From Massalongia carnosa (lineage: Eukaryota), in contig OZ287068.1 in NCBI GenBank assembly GCA_965645245.1, positions 2,976,001-3,040,000 on the forward strand: DNA of 64,000 nucleotides. Direction: 5' to 3'. Shown here piece by piece: positions 18,062 to 30,821 of this stretch. Below the pieces are notes generated by a model. The model did no database searches. It was not told the DNA's origin and saw only the letters and a list, made by a program, of their open reading frames with translations. Each line of letters opens with the position of its first letter. Position 1 is the stretch's first letter. Position numbers and translations under genes: made by a program.

Positions 18062-18832
18062 TTATGGACTGGCGCGTCTGTTTTGGTCATTCTCGATAAT
18101 ATTGATCCATAGATATACGGCTCCATATCGTATTGAGATCTTTTATACTTAGTCTAGCAGGAAGATGGCATCGTGATTATTTATTGCTCTACGACTGTTT
18201 TGGCGGCTTTTCAAGTTGCAGTTCCTGAAAAGCTTTGAGTGCTTCTTTGAGTGATTTGGGTCCTTTGGGTCCTTTGAGTTCTTTGGTCCTTCGTTGAGGA
18301 GTAGTAGGTACTCACCATCTAATAACTCTCTAGTTGTGCAAGTACGGATTAACAATTAACATCCTCGTATCGGGATATCTTCGGAACACGTAGTAAACGG
18401 CCCGGCGGCTCCTCCCGTTATACTGCAGGGGTAGCTAGTTAGGCAACTAGCGCGGATATAAATCTCTTCATGTTTTCTTCTCTTTTCTTTTCATTCCTCA
18501 TCGCAACCATGACCAACCAAACCAGTCCCAGCCTTGAAGGGCTGGAAACGCATTTGCTCCAAGTTCTTCAGAGATCATCGTATGATGAATCTCGAAATCT
18601 ATATAGCCCCAACGATGGGGTGTCTCCCAGCTGAGTCCTTACAGCTTCTTCCCGGCGAGGGTATACTCCCCGCGTCGAAGTCAAGTCGGGTATCTGGAAA
18701 TTTTCCAGGAACCGAAGAAGATCGTGAAAGCTATATTGTCCCTTTTTGTGGAAAATTTAAGAACAAGCCCTAATTATAAGAAAAAAACATAACATCGTTC
18801 AAATACCTTCAAGAATATTTCTTTAGACAGTC

Positions 18833-19963
18833 ATGCAACTGCAGGATCTAGCAAACGAGCTCGTTCTGCATATTTTCCAGTCTTGCCATTCAGTCTCCGA
18901 CGTTCTTAGCCTAGCCTCCACCTGCCACCATTTTCGCAAAGTCCTCACCCCATCCCGGCGTCTTCCAATACTCTTTCAAGCCGCCGAAGCACAACTCGGC
19001 CCGCTTTCCGACGCCATCCAGCTCGTCACCCACAACACCAGCCAAGCCGCTCATGTGCCACGCCTTTCTCCTCCGCTCTCAGTTGCCCTTCTCTCCCGTC
19101 TCCTCTCTGTGGGTCAAATCGCCAACAAATGGATCACCATCTATCCCGCGGAGAGATGGCATGGAGATCTTAGCTCCTCCCGCCGCCTTCTATCATCTGA
19201 AGAGCGGTATCGACTCCGCCGCGCCTGCTATCGGCTCTGGCTATATTCACTCGCCTTCCACTCTCCGCTTCACCCGCGCACGACCCGCCGCTCCCCGCCT
19301 ATCATTCGGTCTCGAGCTGCGCTGTTGCGTCCGTGGCCCACCAAACACCTCGCAGAAATGCTCGATCTCCATGCCATTTTCCGTCAGGTGCTGACCTTTC
19401 GACTTTGTCCCAGCAACGTTACTGTACTGCGTCGTCATCGGGCGCGCTTCCCCAATCACCCGGCTCCCGTGCTGATTAAGCCGCATTTCAGCTTGCAGGG
19501 GCCTCGTGAGCTGTACATGCAGGATCATTCCCGTAGCTTGTCCCACGTGTCGCACCTTGTATGCGCTGGCAAGCATCGCGCCAACGACGTGGTGGAGGGC
19601 TGGGGCGACGAGATCTCGCATTATTACGTCTTAGAGGACATGCTGAAGCTAGACCCGGGGCAGTTGCTGTCCTTGTACGAGAGCGTCAATGGTACCGGCG
19701 TACCGTCCCCGAGCGCGGCAACAGGAGCTAGGAAAAACGGATACATGGCTCCCACATCCGTAATCGGGGGCATCGATGGAAGCAACGGGGCGGTGCATCA
19801 GTTCGTCGAAGGGTTGGGGGATTGGTTTGACAATAATGGGGAAACGTGGGTGGAGACTATGGATTGGGTGGTTGGCGAGCGGGGGGAGGACATTGCGGCG
19901 GTGAGAGAGCACGCGTTGGGTGGGTTGGAAGGCATCGTCAAGGAGGAATGGCCGGGAGAATGA
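18833..19963 (+). CDS. F-box domain protein, 376 aa, intronless
   Basis: N-terminal LQDLANELVLHIFQSC...VLSLASTCHHF matches the F-box pattern; ERYRLRRACYRLW and GWGDEISHYYVLEDMLKLDP follow. Confidence 0.8.
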   Translation: MQLQDLANELVLHIFQSCHSVSDVLSLASTCHHFRKVLTPSRRLPILFQAAEAQLGPLSDAIQLVTHNTSQAAHVPRLSPPLSVALLSRLLSVGQIANKWITIYPAERWHGDLSSSRRLLSSEERYRLRRACYRLWLYSLAFHSPLHPRTTRRSPPIIRSRAALLRPWPTKHLAEMLDLHAIFRQVLTFRLCPSNVTVLRRHRARFPNHPAPVLIKPHFSLQGPRELYMQDHSRSLSHVSHLVCAGKHRANDVVEGWGDEISHYYVLEDMLKLDPGQLLSLYESVNGTGVPSPSAATGARKNGYMAPTSVIGGIDGSNGAVHQFVEGLGDWFDNNGETWVETMDWVVGERGEDIAAVREHALGGLEGIVKEEWPGE

Positions 19964-21057
19964 AGAGTTTGTTCAAGGTTGCTTGGGCTTGTTGAGTTCG
20001 GAGATGGCTTGGAGTGTACCACCGATGGTTGTGGCTGTAATCGGGATCGTTGTTTGGGGATTTTTTTTTTTGGAAAACCGACTGTTTTGATCATTCATCG
20101 CCCTGCTTATTTAATTTTATTTTCTAGCTTCGAGAATGAGCGCTTTTTGAGATTTGAAATGGGAGGACAGACACACTTACTCATGCATACAAACATACGT
20201 ACGGCAATAACTATTGTTCTTTCTTTTCCTCTCCCCTTCCGTTCTCCGATCACACCCCGGCTCCTGGGGGTTTTATTTTCTATTTTTTAAAATAAATCTA
20301 TTCGGTACCGTTCTCCCCCTCTACCCCCCCCCCCTCTCTCTCTTTCCAACCCTCGCCCACCACCAAAAATTTTTTTAAGGGGAGGGGGATAGATAGTGTA
20401 GTTAGTGTAGGTGGATAAGTAGGTGAATACCAAAGTTTCTGTCTGGCAGTCTGGCTGGGTAGCTGACTGGCTTGATTGTTTTGTTGGGGGTGTATAGGGG
20501 GGAGGAAGGAAGGAAGGAAGGAAGGGGGAAGAGGATTTGGATGGAGTGTGTGTGTGAGAACGGGAATTGGAGTTGCAATTGATAGCCCGCAACAGCTAAA
20601 AATCCAATAGCCGGAACTCCAAGTCCGACATATGTCCCAAGAACCCGTCTACGTAGTACATACTCACTGCAGAAATTGGCCATTGCACTGGCTGGCTGGC
20701 TGACAGGCTGACCGGTTGACGTCTTTTCAAGAGCCCGGTGTGTAGCTTTTTTATTTTCATTCATTTCGTTTGTTTTGTACGTGATCCCCCCTCAAAAGGA
20801 ACCAGGTTTTGGTTTTGGTCTGTTCCCCTCTCCAAAAAAAACATGGGTTTAAATTTCTCCTATTCCATTCTCTGTCAATAGATACAACAACAAGCGCACC
20901 TTTCCCCCCTAAACCTCTTCTAGAATTGTTATTGGCAGAATTTTCAGCTTTTACACCACACCGCGAATCCCTCCCCCCTGCTTTCCTTCCACCACCAAAA
21001 ATAAAAAGATCAGAAAAAAACCATCCTTACGGGAATCATTTCAACCCTTCCCGTATC

Positions 21058-23907
21058 TCAGGACCTTTGTTCCCCGCCACTCCGTGAATGAGCCCTCAAC
21101 CGGGTGGTGATCGCCGCCTTCTCCGTCAAACGGACTCCACGGTTTGATTTGCGCACGGGCCGTGCAACAGGCGAATCCGTATCGGAGCTGTAGTTGCTAT
21201 CGATCAATTCGCCTCTTTTGCGTTTCCTCGGGTGCTTCTCGCTCGCGGGAGATGGGTTGCTTTCCTGAGTCCCGGAGTTTGAGGTGGTGGTTTGTGGCGC
21301 ATAAACGACATCGGAGCCGGCTTCCTCGCTGTCGTCAGGCTGGGACTCGGCAACTAAGATGCGCGGAGGAGGAGCACGACGAGGGGAGGCGCGAGGGAAG
21401 GAGGAATCGCCGCCGATGCTTTTATGAGCGGCTTTTAAGGGGATGCTGCGGTGGAGGGAGTCCATGTTTTGGAGCGTGGCTTCTACGCTGTCCAAGCGGG
21501 TTTGGACCGCTTTGATGGATGTCTCGAGAGATGCGGTGTCGGCGGCGCGATCGTTTTTCCACGAGCTAATGAGGGAGGTGAGATCGCTGCGAACGTTTTG
21601 GATGGAGCTGGCTTGACCGTCTATGGTTTGTTTGAAATCGTCGCAGAGATGTTGGAAACCCTGTCTGTCAGCGGACAAGCTCCCCTCTAGCTTCTTGTGC
21701 TTCGTCCCTAGCTCGGACAGGCGGTTGCCAGAGCTCAGCTTTAAGTCGGCAACACTTTTCTCGACGCCATCGATTAGCTCAGACGTGGCCTTTATCCATT
21801 CATTTAGTTTTCGTTGAACTTCTGCCAGGGTATCGGCAGCGTTTCTCCGGGACTCATCCAGTTTTTTTTCCAAAACGCGATGCTTCTCGGCAATGTTCTC
21901 CAACTCGCGTTGGATCTTATGGTTTTGAAGAATATCCGGTACACTTTTGTTCACATCGACAAGCCTCTTCTCTAGGCTACCGAGATGTCTCTGGTGATGC
22001 TCCGATCTAACGGTAAGAGTACCGAGAGCTTCGTTCAATTTATTGACCGTATTCGTCGTGCTCAACACATGCTGATCAACAGCTGCCTGTTTGGCCTTGA
22101 TTTGCTCAAACTTGGTGGTGATGTGGGCCGGATGCAACGCGTACACCTTTTGCATCTGATGGATGATATTGTTCGCCAACTCATCCGTAGACAGATTGTC
22201 GAATCTCTGCTGCTGGCTTTCTACCAACACCTCCATTGCGTCGGTTCGCTCCAACGAAGCCTCTTTGAACTGTCTGAAACTTGACTCGAGATCTTCAACC
22301 TTTAACCGGAAAGAGTCGTCCGGCTTCCATTGGTTGTTGGGTTGAGGTGGCGGCGTTGATGGTTTTTGGGCGGCTGTAGAGGAAAGTTCGGATTTTACTG
22401 CGGCCAACTCCTCTTGCAATGCTTGTATTGTACTTTCTTGGTTACTCAATATGTGATCGAGCCTCTCGACTTCGAGTGACACGATATCATCCTTCGACCC
22501 TTGCTCATAGCTCAAAAGCCGGAGTTTTTCGTTCAGATCAGTCAACAGCTGAAATCGGTCTTCCAGAGCGGATAGCCTTTTACCAGAATCATGGTCTAGC
22601 TTGTTGGGAGTGCTGCCGACCTCCACAGACAGAGCGTGATGTTGTTGTTGGCGAGACGTAAACCGGTTCATTTCACTTTCCATCCCCGACAATCGTTCGG
22701 TGAAGACTTCAAGATCCTCGTCAAATCTCCTAAGAGCATTCTCGAATTTACCACTTTTCTCTCTGCCTTCTTGAATATAATCGATCAAGCCTTTGGACTT
22801 TTCCTTCGACCTGTCATTTGGATCGCCTGTGATTTCAACGTTTAAACGTTCCAGGTTCCCTTGCTGCACCGAGAAATCCGCCGATAAGTTCTCCAGGTGT
22901 TTTTGGTGGTCCGCTACACGTTGCGTCACGTGATCTTTCTGGGCTTTATGGCCTTCGGTCAATGTTTCCAGCTTCTGCTGCTGATCTATAATGCTCTGTG
23001 ATAAACCCCCGTTTTGCGCAGCGAATTCCTCGCGCCATGTCTGAAAATCCGATTTCTGCTCCACAAGACTCTTTGCCAACTCCTTGTTTTTCTCCTTCAC
23101 TTGGTTCATGTCCACCAAAACCGAGCTGAGCTCCTCCATGCGATCTCGCACGTTGGGCAAGATGACGAGAGTTTTTTCGTGTTGGTCCACTGAAGTTTGC
23201 AGCTTGTTGAGACTAATTTTCATTTGGGCCATTTGACTTTCATAACCCTTCATGGCACGAATCCTCTCTTCCATCTCCTTGATCATTAAGGTTCCGTTAA
23301 CATACCCCATGTCGGATCTTGTGTCCTCTAAATCAATCTTGGTGGCTTTTAATTCGGCTTTGATAATTCTGATTTCTCTACCGAAACTCGTGGTCTCATT
23401 GGCGTTAGTAGTCGAAGCTCTGTTGTTGACCAACAGGCTTGACATAAGGGCATGCATTGCCGTTTCCTGGACCTCGCTATTCTGCTTTAGCTTGTTTTCA
23501 TACGACTCGGCAAGTGACGCAGCTTTCTCGGATTCGCGATCGTGATCTTCGGCTAAGGAGACGAATGAGTGATAGTGCTTGCGCCACCTATCCTTTAACG
23601 TTCGCTGTTTCGCTATTCGTTCTATTACTTGGGTGTGTTGATAGGTCAGGTTCGCCGTTGCAACCACTGAGGTGGTGTATTGAGAGAAAGCTTTCAGAAG
23701 GCTAGTCAGCTCGTCGGGTGATCTCGATTGCAGCTGCGGAAAGCCCGATGTCTTCGTCGGACCCGCAAACGGTTTGGAGGAAGCACTTCCCGAACGAGCC
23801 CGGGAAGGAGGTGGTTTAGAGAGGCCATGTGATTCCCCAATGGGCGAATGCCTGTCGCTTCCCCGATGAGGGACATAAGAGTCGTGTCGAGGCTCCCTTC
23901 CTAGCAT
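21058..23907 (-). CDS. Large coiled-coil protein of unknown function (949-aa ORF; probably extended 5' by an exon around 24165-24365)
   Basis: Long uninterrupted ORF with heptad-rich E/K/Q/L composition and an S/P-rich basic C-terminus (RKRKR). An upstream frame reading SWDRNQQPETGRSPPIHPARL looks coding, but its splice junctions could not be resolved. Confidence 0.8.
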   Translation of the reverse strand: MLGREPRHDSYVPHRGSDRHSPIGESHGLSKPPPSRARSGSASSKPFAGPTKTSGFPQLQSRSPDELTSLLKAFSQYTTSVVATANLTYQHTQVIERIAKQRTLKDRWRKHYHSFVSLAEDHDRESEKAASLAESYENKLKQNSEVQETAMHALMSSLLVNNRASTTNANETTSFGREIRIIKAELKATKIDLEDTRSDMGYVNGTLMIKEMEERIRAMKGYESQMAQMKISLNKLQTSVDQHEKTLVILPNVRDRMEELSSVLVDMNQVKEKNKELAKSLVEQKSDFQTWREEFAAQNGGLSQSIIDQQQKLETLTEGHKAQKDHVTQRVADHQKHLENLSADFSVQQGNLERLNVEITGDPNDRSKEKSKGLIDYIQEGREKSGKFENALRRFDEDLEVFTERLSGMESEMNRFTSRQQQHHALSVEVGSTPNKLDHDSGKRLSALEDRFQLLTDLNEKLRLLSYEQGSKDDIVSLEVERLDHILSNQESTIQALQEELAAVKSELSSTAAQKPSTPPPQPNNQWKPDDSFRLKVEDLESSFRQFKEASLERTDAMEVLVESQQQRFDNLSTDELANNIIHQMQKVYALHPAHITTKFEQIKAKQAAVDQHVLSTTNTVNKLNEALGTLTVRSEHHQRHLGSLEKRLVDVNKSVPDILQNHKIQRELENIAEKHRVLEKKLDESRRNAADTLAEVQRKLNEWIKATSELIDGVEKSVADLKLSSGNRLSELGTKHKKLEGSLSADRQGFQHLCDDFKQTIDGQASSIQNVRSDLTSLISSWKNDRAADTASLETSIKAVQTRLDSVEATLQNMDSLHRSIPLKAAHKSIGGDSSFPRASPRRAPPPRILVAESQPDDSEEAGSDVVYAPQTTTSNSGTQESNPSPASEKHPRKRKRGELIDSNYSSDTDSPVARPVRKSNRGVRLTEKAAITTRLRAHSRSGGEQRS

Positions 23908-24753
23908 GGCGTCGCCTTGCTCAGACTCTCGATGAGCAGTTGGACTTGCTTCGTAGGCTCTAGATTCTATGCGGTTGCTGCTGGTTAGCAGGAATCGCTA
24001 ACTATTCAATATACAGATGGTAAGATAACGACTGGCGTTGGCAAGAAACGCAGTACATTCGAACGGATTGTATGAGTGAGTCAAGGATGGGGAGTTGGTT
24101 TTGGGAGGAAATCCCAAGGTTATTGCCCATTGGATTCCATTTCAACGCTTAGGAAGACTAACTTTTCATATCATCTGAGGGTGACGCTTTCCTCGAATAC
24201 GGTCTCGAGACAACGCGTGGACTTCTCGGCGACAAGGTGCCTGGTTGGTGAGCCGACTGCCCATGTCCATTGTTGCGTGTGTGTAGATGGAGGCGAGCAG
24301 GGTGGATAGGCGGGGATCGTCCGGTTTCCGGCTGTTGGTTACGATCCCACGACTCCGATTCACTCTGTGGATACTTGAACGCTTAGAGACTAACTTTCCC
24401 AAGATCGATAAACTTCGCCCGCTACGACCGACGACTAATCCTGCAGCATGAAATGACCACTCACGGCGTTGGAGTATCTCGACTCATTCTCTCGTGATTC
24501 AACAAACGATCGGGGAGCTGATGAAAGTTTTCAGTCAGGAGGTCTGTGGATGAGGTGATCGTCGTTCACCATTACTTCTTCTTCTGTTGCCGGTTTCCTC
24601 CCAGTCATCAGCCCCTCTCTTCTGCGCCTGTGCCGGTTGTTGGGACGGCACTGGATATAAATCGTTTCCGTACCAATTCCCAGGCATAGTTACGTGGTAC
24701 GAGAAGGGAAACTAAAGGCATAAGGTTTGGAATAAGGTAGTTGGGGCAAATGA

Positions 24754-24787
24754 TCGTTGCTCGTTGCTCGTTGCTCGTTGCTCGTTG
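24754..24787. repeat. (TCGTTGC)n heptamer tandem repeat, ~5 copies
   Basis: tcgttgc x4 plus tcgttg, read directly. Confidence 0.9.
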
Positions 24788-25647
24788 ACAAATCTAAGGG
24801 TTAAGATCTGAACTTACCGCCTTACCAATTACGCTCTAGCGATTACAAGCTTACAGATACTAGTCACCATGTTCAGAGTTTGAAATCAACGAGTAATCAG
24901 GGGCGATTTAACTTACTCTAGTGCCCTGAACGTTTAGTGAAAGGGTTATATATTTACTTGTACTCTCGTATCCTTGTCTATGCGTCACTGGGCTGCCATT
25001 TCGGCTGCTAGTGAGGCTTTAGCCTGCACATAATATCCAAGCACGAGAGCCTGATTGGTCAAGGCGCGTCACGTTCAAACGCCAATTCTCGCTTTAGACT
25101 CGTTGAAGATGTTGACAGGGATTAGGCATAAATCCCCGGTCTTTTGTCTCATCTCTTGTCTCATCTCTTGTCTCGTGAGCACCTTTGGGCAACTCTCACT
25201 TGACCTTATCAACCCATTGTTGATTGTTTGGTCATGTTGAAGAATCGAATAACGACCCATAGGAATAGATGTAAAATCATCCCAAATCCAAAGCGTCTAA
25301 CAGTATGCCATACGAAGTGCCTCTGTACGGAGTACAGTGTACATACAGTGTACACGGGTGTTAACTATTCGCCAACGGGTTGACGTCATTCCCCCTAGGG
25401 AGTTTTGGACTTTGAGGTAGATAAATGTGTCATTGACTGCGAATGATCATCTCTTCAAAAAGCAAAGCTTCGATGCCCAGTCTAACACAACTGCTGAACG
25501 TACAAGCCTGAAGTAGAGGGAGATCTGCGACGAACTATTTGTTGGTGAACCACTTTTATGGGAAGGGACGATACACGTCGAAGCCTTGTATGACAGGCAC
25601 CTTGACAGGACGGCCTCGACCGAGTCGATTGATGTGAGTCAGAGGTA

Positions 25648-26694
25648 CGGAGGATGACACAGGAAGTTCTGGCTAGCGTATTTTAGCTTGCATTAGCTTC
25701 CGCCACTAGACAAGGGGGTGGTAAAAATTTTAAAGAAAGGTTCTCCGGGCATCAAGATATAAAATGCTTCATTATTTGTAATTTATGGTTGATTTTAGTT
25801 GATATTTGTAGCTATCATCATCATGACTCGTCCTCAAGATAACACACTGACTCTCGCTCAAAGACTTCAGGCCTTGACTCTCGTAGAGCATGGAGTATCA
25901 GCCAAAGAGTAGAGGAAATCACTGAATTCTCGACGAGATCTATCAGTCATATCAAGAAAAAAGCAAGAAGCAGAGGATATGATCCCGAGATCTCACGAGT
26001 CTTGAAGATAGAATATGTAGAAGATGCACCTCGTTCAGGCCAACCTTCTAAAGTAACACCTGCATTGGAGGAGGCTATATTGACTGATGTACGCAAAGAT
26101 CGAAACGGAAGGGAAGATGGTCCAAACACGGTGGTTCAAGAAGATAAGGCCCCCTGTCATACCTCCAAACATCAGGATATGGTGTTTATGGACTTTCGAG
26201 TGCTTCGCTTTTTGTGGCCTGGCAACTCACCTGATCTCAATATGATTGAACCATGCTGGCCTTGGATGAAAAGACGTACGACCCTCCTCGGAGCTCCACG
26301 AAGCAGACGGGAGGCCGAAGTAGCATAGACTGAATGTTGGGACGAACTATCGCAGGAGCAAATACAAAGCTGGATATAGAGAATGCCTCGTCACATACAG
26401 ACTGTCATTGAGTTTGAAGGAGGAAACGAGTACAGAGAAGGAAGAACAGGAGGAAGGGTACGACCTTACGATGCTGAGGAGCGGCGCAGTCGATATCTGC
26501 GTTCAAAGAGAGGTCCTACTGAAGATGAGGAGGAGTGGGCCAATGTAGACTGATGAGGAGGTGGATAAGAAGGTAAAAAAGGAGTAAATAAAGGAGTAAA
26601 TAAAGGAGTTTATCTTCGTAAGGCTGAGGCCCTTGTAGGTGGCTTATTTAGCGTGCATATTAGCGTCGGCCAGAACTTCCTGTGTCATCCTCCG
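25648..26694 (+). mobile_element. Tc1/mariner DNA transposon, non-autonomous (internal deletion), 1047 bp
   Basis: Perfect 26-bp TIRs CGGAGGATGACACAGGAAGTTCTGGC (25648-25673 and 26669-26694), TA on both flanks, transposase remnant inside. Confidence 0.95.
25823..26553 (+). pseudogene. Disrupted D34E Tc1-type transposase
   Basis: N-terminal HTH (RLQALTL...DAPRSGQP) joined directly to QEDKAPCH...WPGNSPDLNMIE (34 residues between D and E); frameshift or stop near 25910, stops at 26326 and ~26377. Confidence 0.9.
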
Positions 26695-27289
26695 TACGCA
26701 GAGCGACTAGGTTTTCGGTTTCGTGAACCCAAGATCGTGGATCCAGTGCAGTGAGTAAAGTCTGACGCAGGTACAGAGATACCTTGTGCCTGAACGCGAA
26801 GATCCTGCCTGACGACGTCAAGATGCCTCTCTACCAATGGCGAAGGTGCCGAAATGCATCAGGCGGTTTTATTTGACAAGAGGCGTTGGAACGTGCAGCG
26901 TACCCTCTCCAATCGTACGCTCCTCTAGATGACAGCTGCAGCTGAGAGGCCATGCGGGGACTGTGTTACTGTGTTACTGCTCGACCGTTGGCGCAAGAGA
27001 CTGAAACACAAAAGTCAAACCCCAGCCAGAGGCGGTGGGAAACATATCATAGTCGAGAAGTGATGATAAGAGGAAGAGGGAAATCAAAATGAAAATACTT
27101 TATAGAAAAGAGAAAACAACTAGTACAAAGACTAACTAGGCTCAATACAAGTGTAAATGGCGCTAGGTATTACTATCGTAATATATGCAAAGCTAAAATG
27201 TAAAATTACGCTTCTTCATATTCTGTACTCTGTACAGAGTAAAAGTACAGAGTAAAAGTACAGAGGATTGATATCACCAACTCTCCACT

Positions 27290-28811
<1,522 letters not shown>

Positions 28812-29026
28812 GCAACATCTTGGTTGCAGGAAGGAGCAGTTTACTTGAAGGACTGTGGCCAATGGGGAATTGGAGCAAAGGATTACAAACGCCTGGCAAT
28901 GGATGGGACGGATGTAAAATAGTTTCTTTTTAGAGTTTTCGGAGCGATACTGAAGGAAGATCCGTTTCCCCCTCATACCCACATCAAGTCTTACGCACCC
29001 AGCATTTCTAGGGGAAAAAAAGGGTA

Positions 29027-30499
29027 TCACGTAAAGTCCACCACCCGGCTCCACCCCTCCGCCCCCGCCCCCTCCTTCACCCGCCGAAACTCCACCCCCT
29101 CTCCAAAATACCCCGCCTCATCCCATCCCTTCATAGTCCCTCCATCATACGGGCCGTGCGGCTCCCCCCCATCCCTCGCATCCGACCACCGATATTCCCA
29201 TTCCCTGCTTCCCTCCTCCGTTGCTCCTTCCTCCTCGTCGCGCATCAGCACCCGCGGCGCATCCACCCACTCCTCACCCGTCTCCCGCCCATACTGTCGC
29301 ATCAGCAATTCCCGCTCCGCGTCGTAAATGTCCATCTGCCCCCGCCCCAGCAACCGGTCCGCCGCACCGGTGATCCCCTCCACCGCTTCCCGCCGCCGCG
29401 TCTCGGCCGGATCCTCGTCTGGGGGCCCCCCGTTCCCATCGACATCCATGTCTTCCGCGCCATCATCGGCCGGGCGGCGTTTGCGTCGATTCCGCTGCCC
29501 CTTCCACTTGGGTTTTTTCTTCTTCTTCTCCCGCCGCCCGCGCTCCAACCGCGCCAACGCCTCCAGCACCGTCTCCCCCCGCTCCAGGTACGGGATGAGC
29601 GTCCGTAGCACCTCGCTCGTCAGCTCCGCATCATCAGCCACTAGCTTCCGCTGCCGCGCCACGTCCCGCTTGTCCGCCGCCTCCTTGGCCCGCTTCATGT
29701 CGCGCTTCGACACCCCCTCGAGCCAAGCGTCGTGCACCGCATCCGGGTCGGCCGCTTTCCGCACGAAGTTTCCTTGCGCGTCGAACCGGCCTTCTTCTTG
29801 TTCCGACTTCATGTTGAAGGCGTCGAGTTTGGGCGCATGCGCTTTCTTGCCGCCCGCGCCGACTTCGGCGTCGACTTGTCCCATCAGGTCGGCCCGTTCG
29901 GCTTCCGAGACGTCGCTTTCGCTGCTACTCTCAGCTTCGGCGTCTTTGTGTGGGGGCTTGTGACCGTCCTGAATTCCGTTCTGCGAGCCGGCGGTGCCGT
30001 TCGTGGAGAAATCGCCACTGACGTGGCCACCACTTTTGCTGGTGGAGACTTGACCCACTATTTCTTCTTCCTCGAGGAATCGCACGCTTTTCTTCCTCTT
30101 CTTGGCAGTTTCCGCTATATCCTCCTCCTCGTCTCCATCCCCGGCCTCCTCGTCCAGATGCGCAAACATGTCGTTCTCCTCCTCATCCTTCGGTTTTGCC
30201 CCTCGATTCCCCTTCTCCTTGGCCTTTGCTTCCGCTCTACCATCAAACCCCTCATTCGAACTGTCTGACTCGTAGCCATCGATATTGACCGCGTTTCGCT
30301 TCGTCTGCTGCCCGCGCTTTCCAATCTCGTCGGCTTCGAGAACGGCATCTTCCTCAGGAGCGTCGGGGGCTAGAGCAGAAGGGTTGCGCACGTCGAAGCG
30401 GGGTTTTTTCGAGGTTGGGCTATCGCTGCCAAGGTGATGGGTGCGGGCAAACTCCTCTCCGCCACGTTTGGGTCGCGGCGCGGGGCGTCGACCGGTCAT
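29027..30499 (-). CDS. LIN1: LIN1/CD2BP2 (U5-52K) family GYF-domain protein
   Basis: LDAFNMKSEQEEGRFD, DAWLEG, GETVLEALARL, C-terminal GYF domain WEYRW...HGPY...MKGWDEAGYF. Confidence 0.9.
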   Translation of the reverse strand: MTGRRPAPRPKRGGEEFARTHHLGSDSPTSKKPRFDVRNPSALAPDAPEEDAVLEADEIGKRGQQTKRNAVNIDGYESDSSNEGFDGRAEAKAKEKGNRGAKPKDEEENDMFAHLDEEAGDGDEEEDIAETAKKRKKSVRFLEEEEIVGQVSTSKSGGHVSGDFSTNGTAGSQNGIQDGHKPPHKDAEAESSSESDVSEAERADLMGQVDAEVGAGGKKAHAPKLDAFNMKSEQEEGRFDAQGNFVRKAADPDAVHDAWLEGVSKRDMKRAKEAADKRDVARQRKLVADDAELTSEVLRTLIPYLERGETVLEALARLERGRREKKKKKPKWKGQRNRRKRRPADDGAEDMDVDGNGGPPDEDPAETRRREAVEGITGAADRLLGRGQMDIYDAERELLMRQYGRETGEEWVDAPRVLMRDEEEGATEEGSREWEYRWSDARDGGEPHGPYDGGTMKGWDEAGYFGEGVEFRRVKEGAGAEGWSRVVDFT

Positions 30500-30821
30500 C
30501 GTTTTTGGAAGTGAATGTACTTTAGCAAAACCAAACAGGTACAGTTTAGTAGGTAAAAACGTAGTTCTAGGCTGAATGCGACCTTATTCAGATATCATGG
30601 AGCTGGGCGGGACAATCTATGTTTGGCAGGGGGGTTTGCGGAAAGTTGTCATATATCTAATCTAGCCATACCAGCTGGCCTTTCATAGATATCGATAACC
30701 TCTTTCACCTATCACTCTCTCTGTTCCTACTTGTACCAGGCTCTTGTTCTTTCTCTCTATCATTCGTATTGCCATATAGCATTCTCTGAACACTAGCCTG
30801 TGGTTCTTTCGGGTTCTCAAG

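Noticed and set aside
29156..30268. Long + strand ORFs (150-211 aa) overlapping LIN1
   Set aside because: Antisense shadows of a GC-rich coding region; no recognisable protein features.
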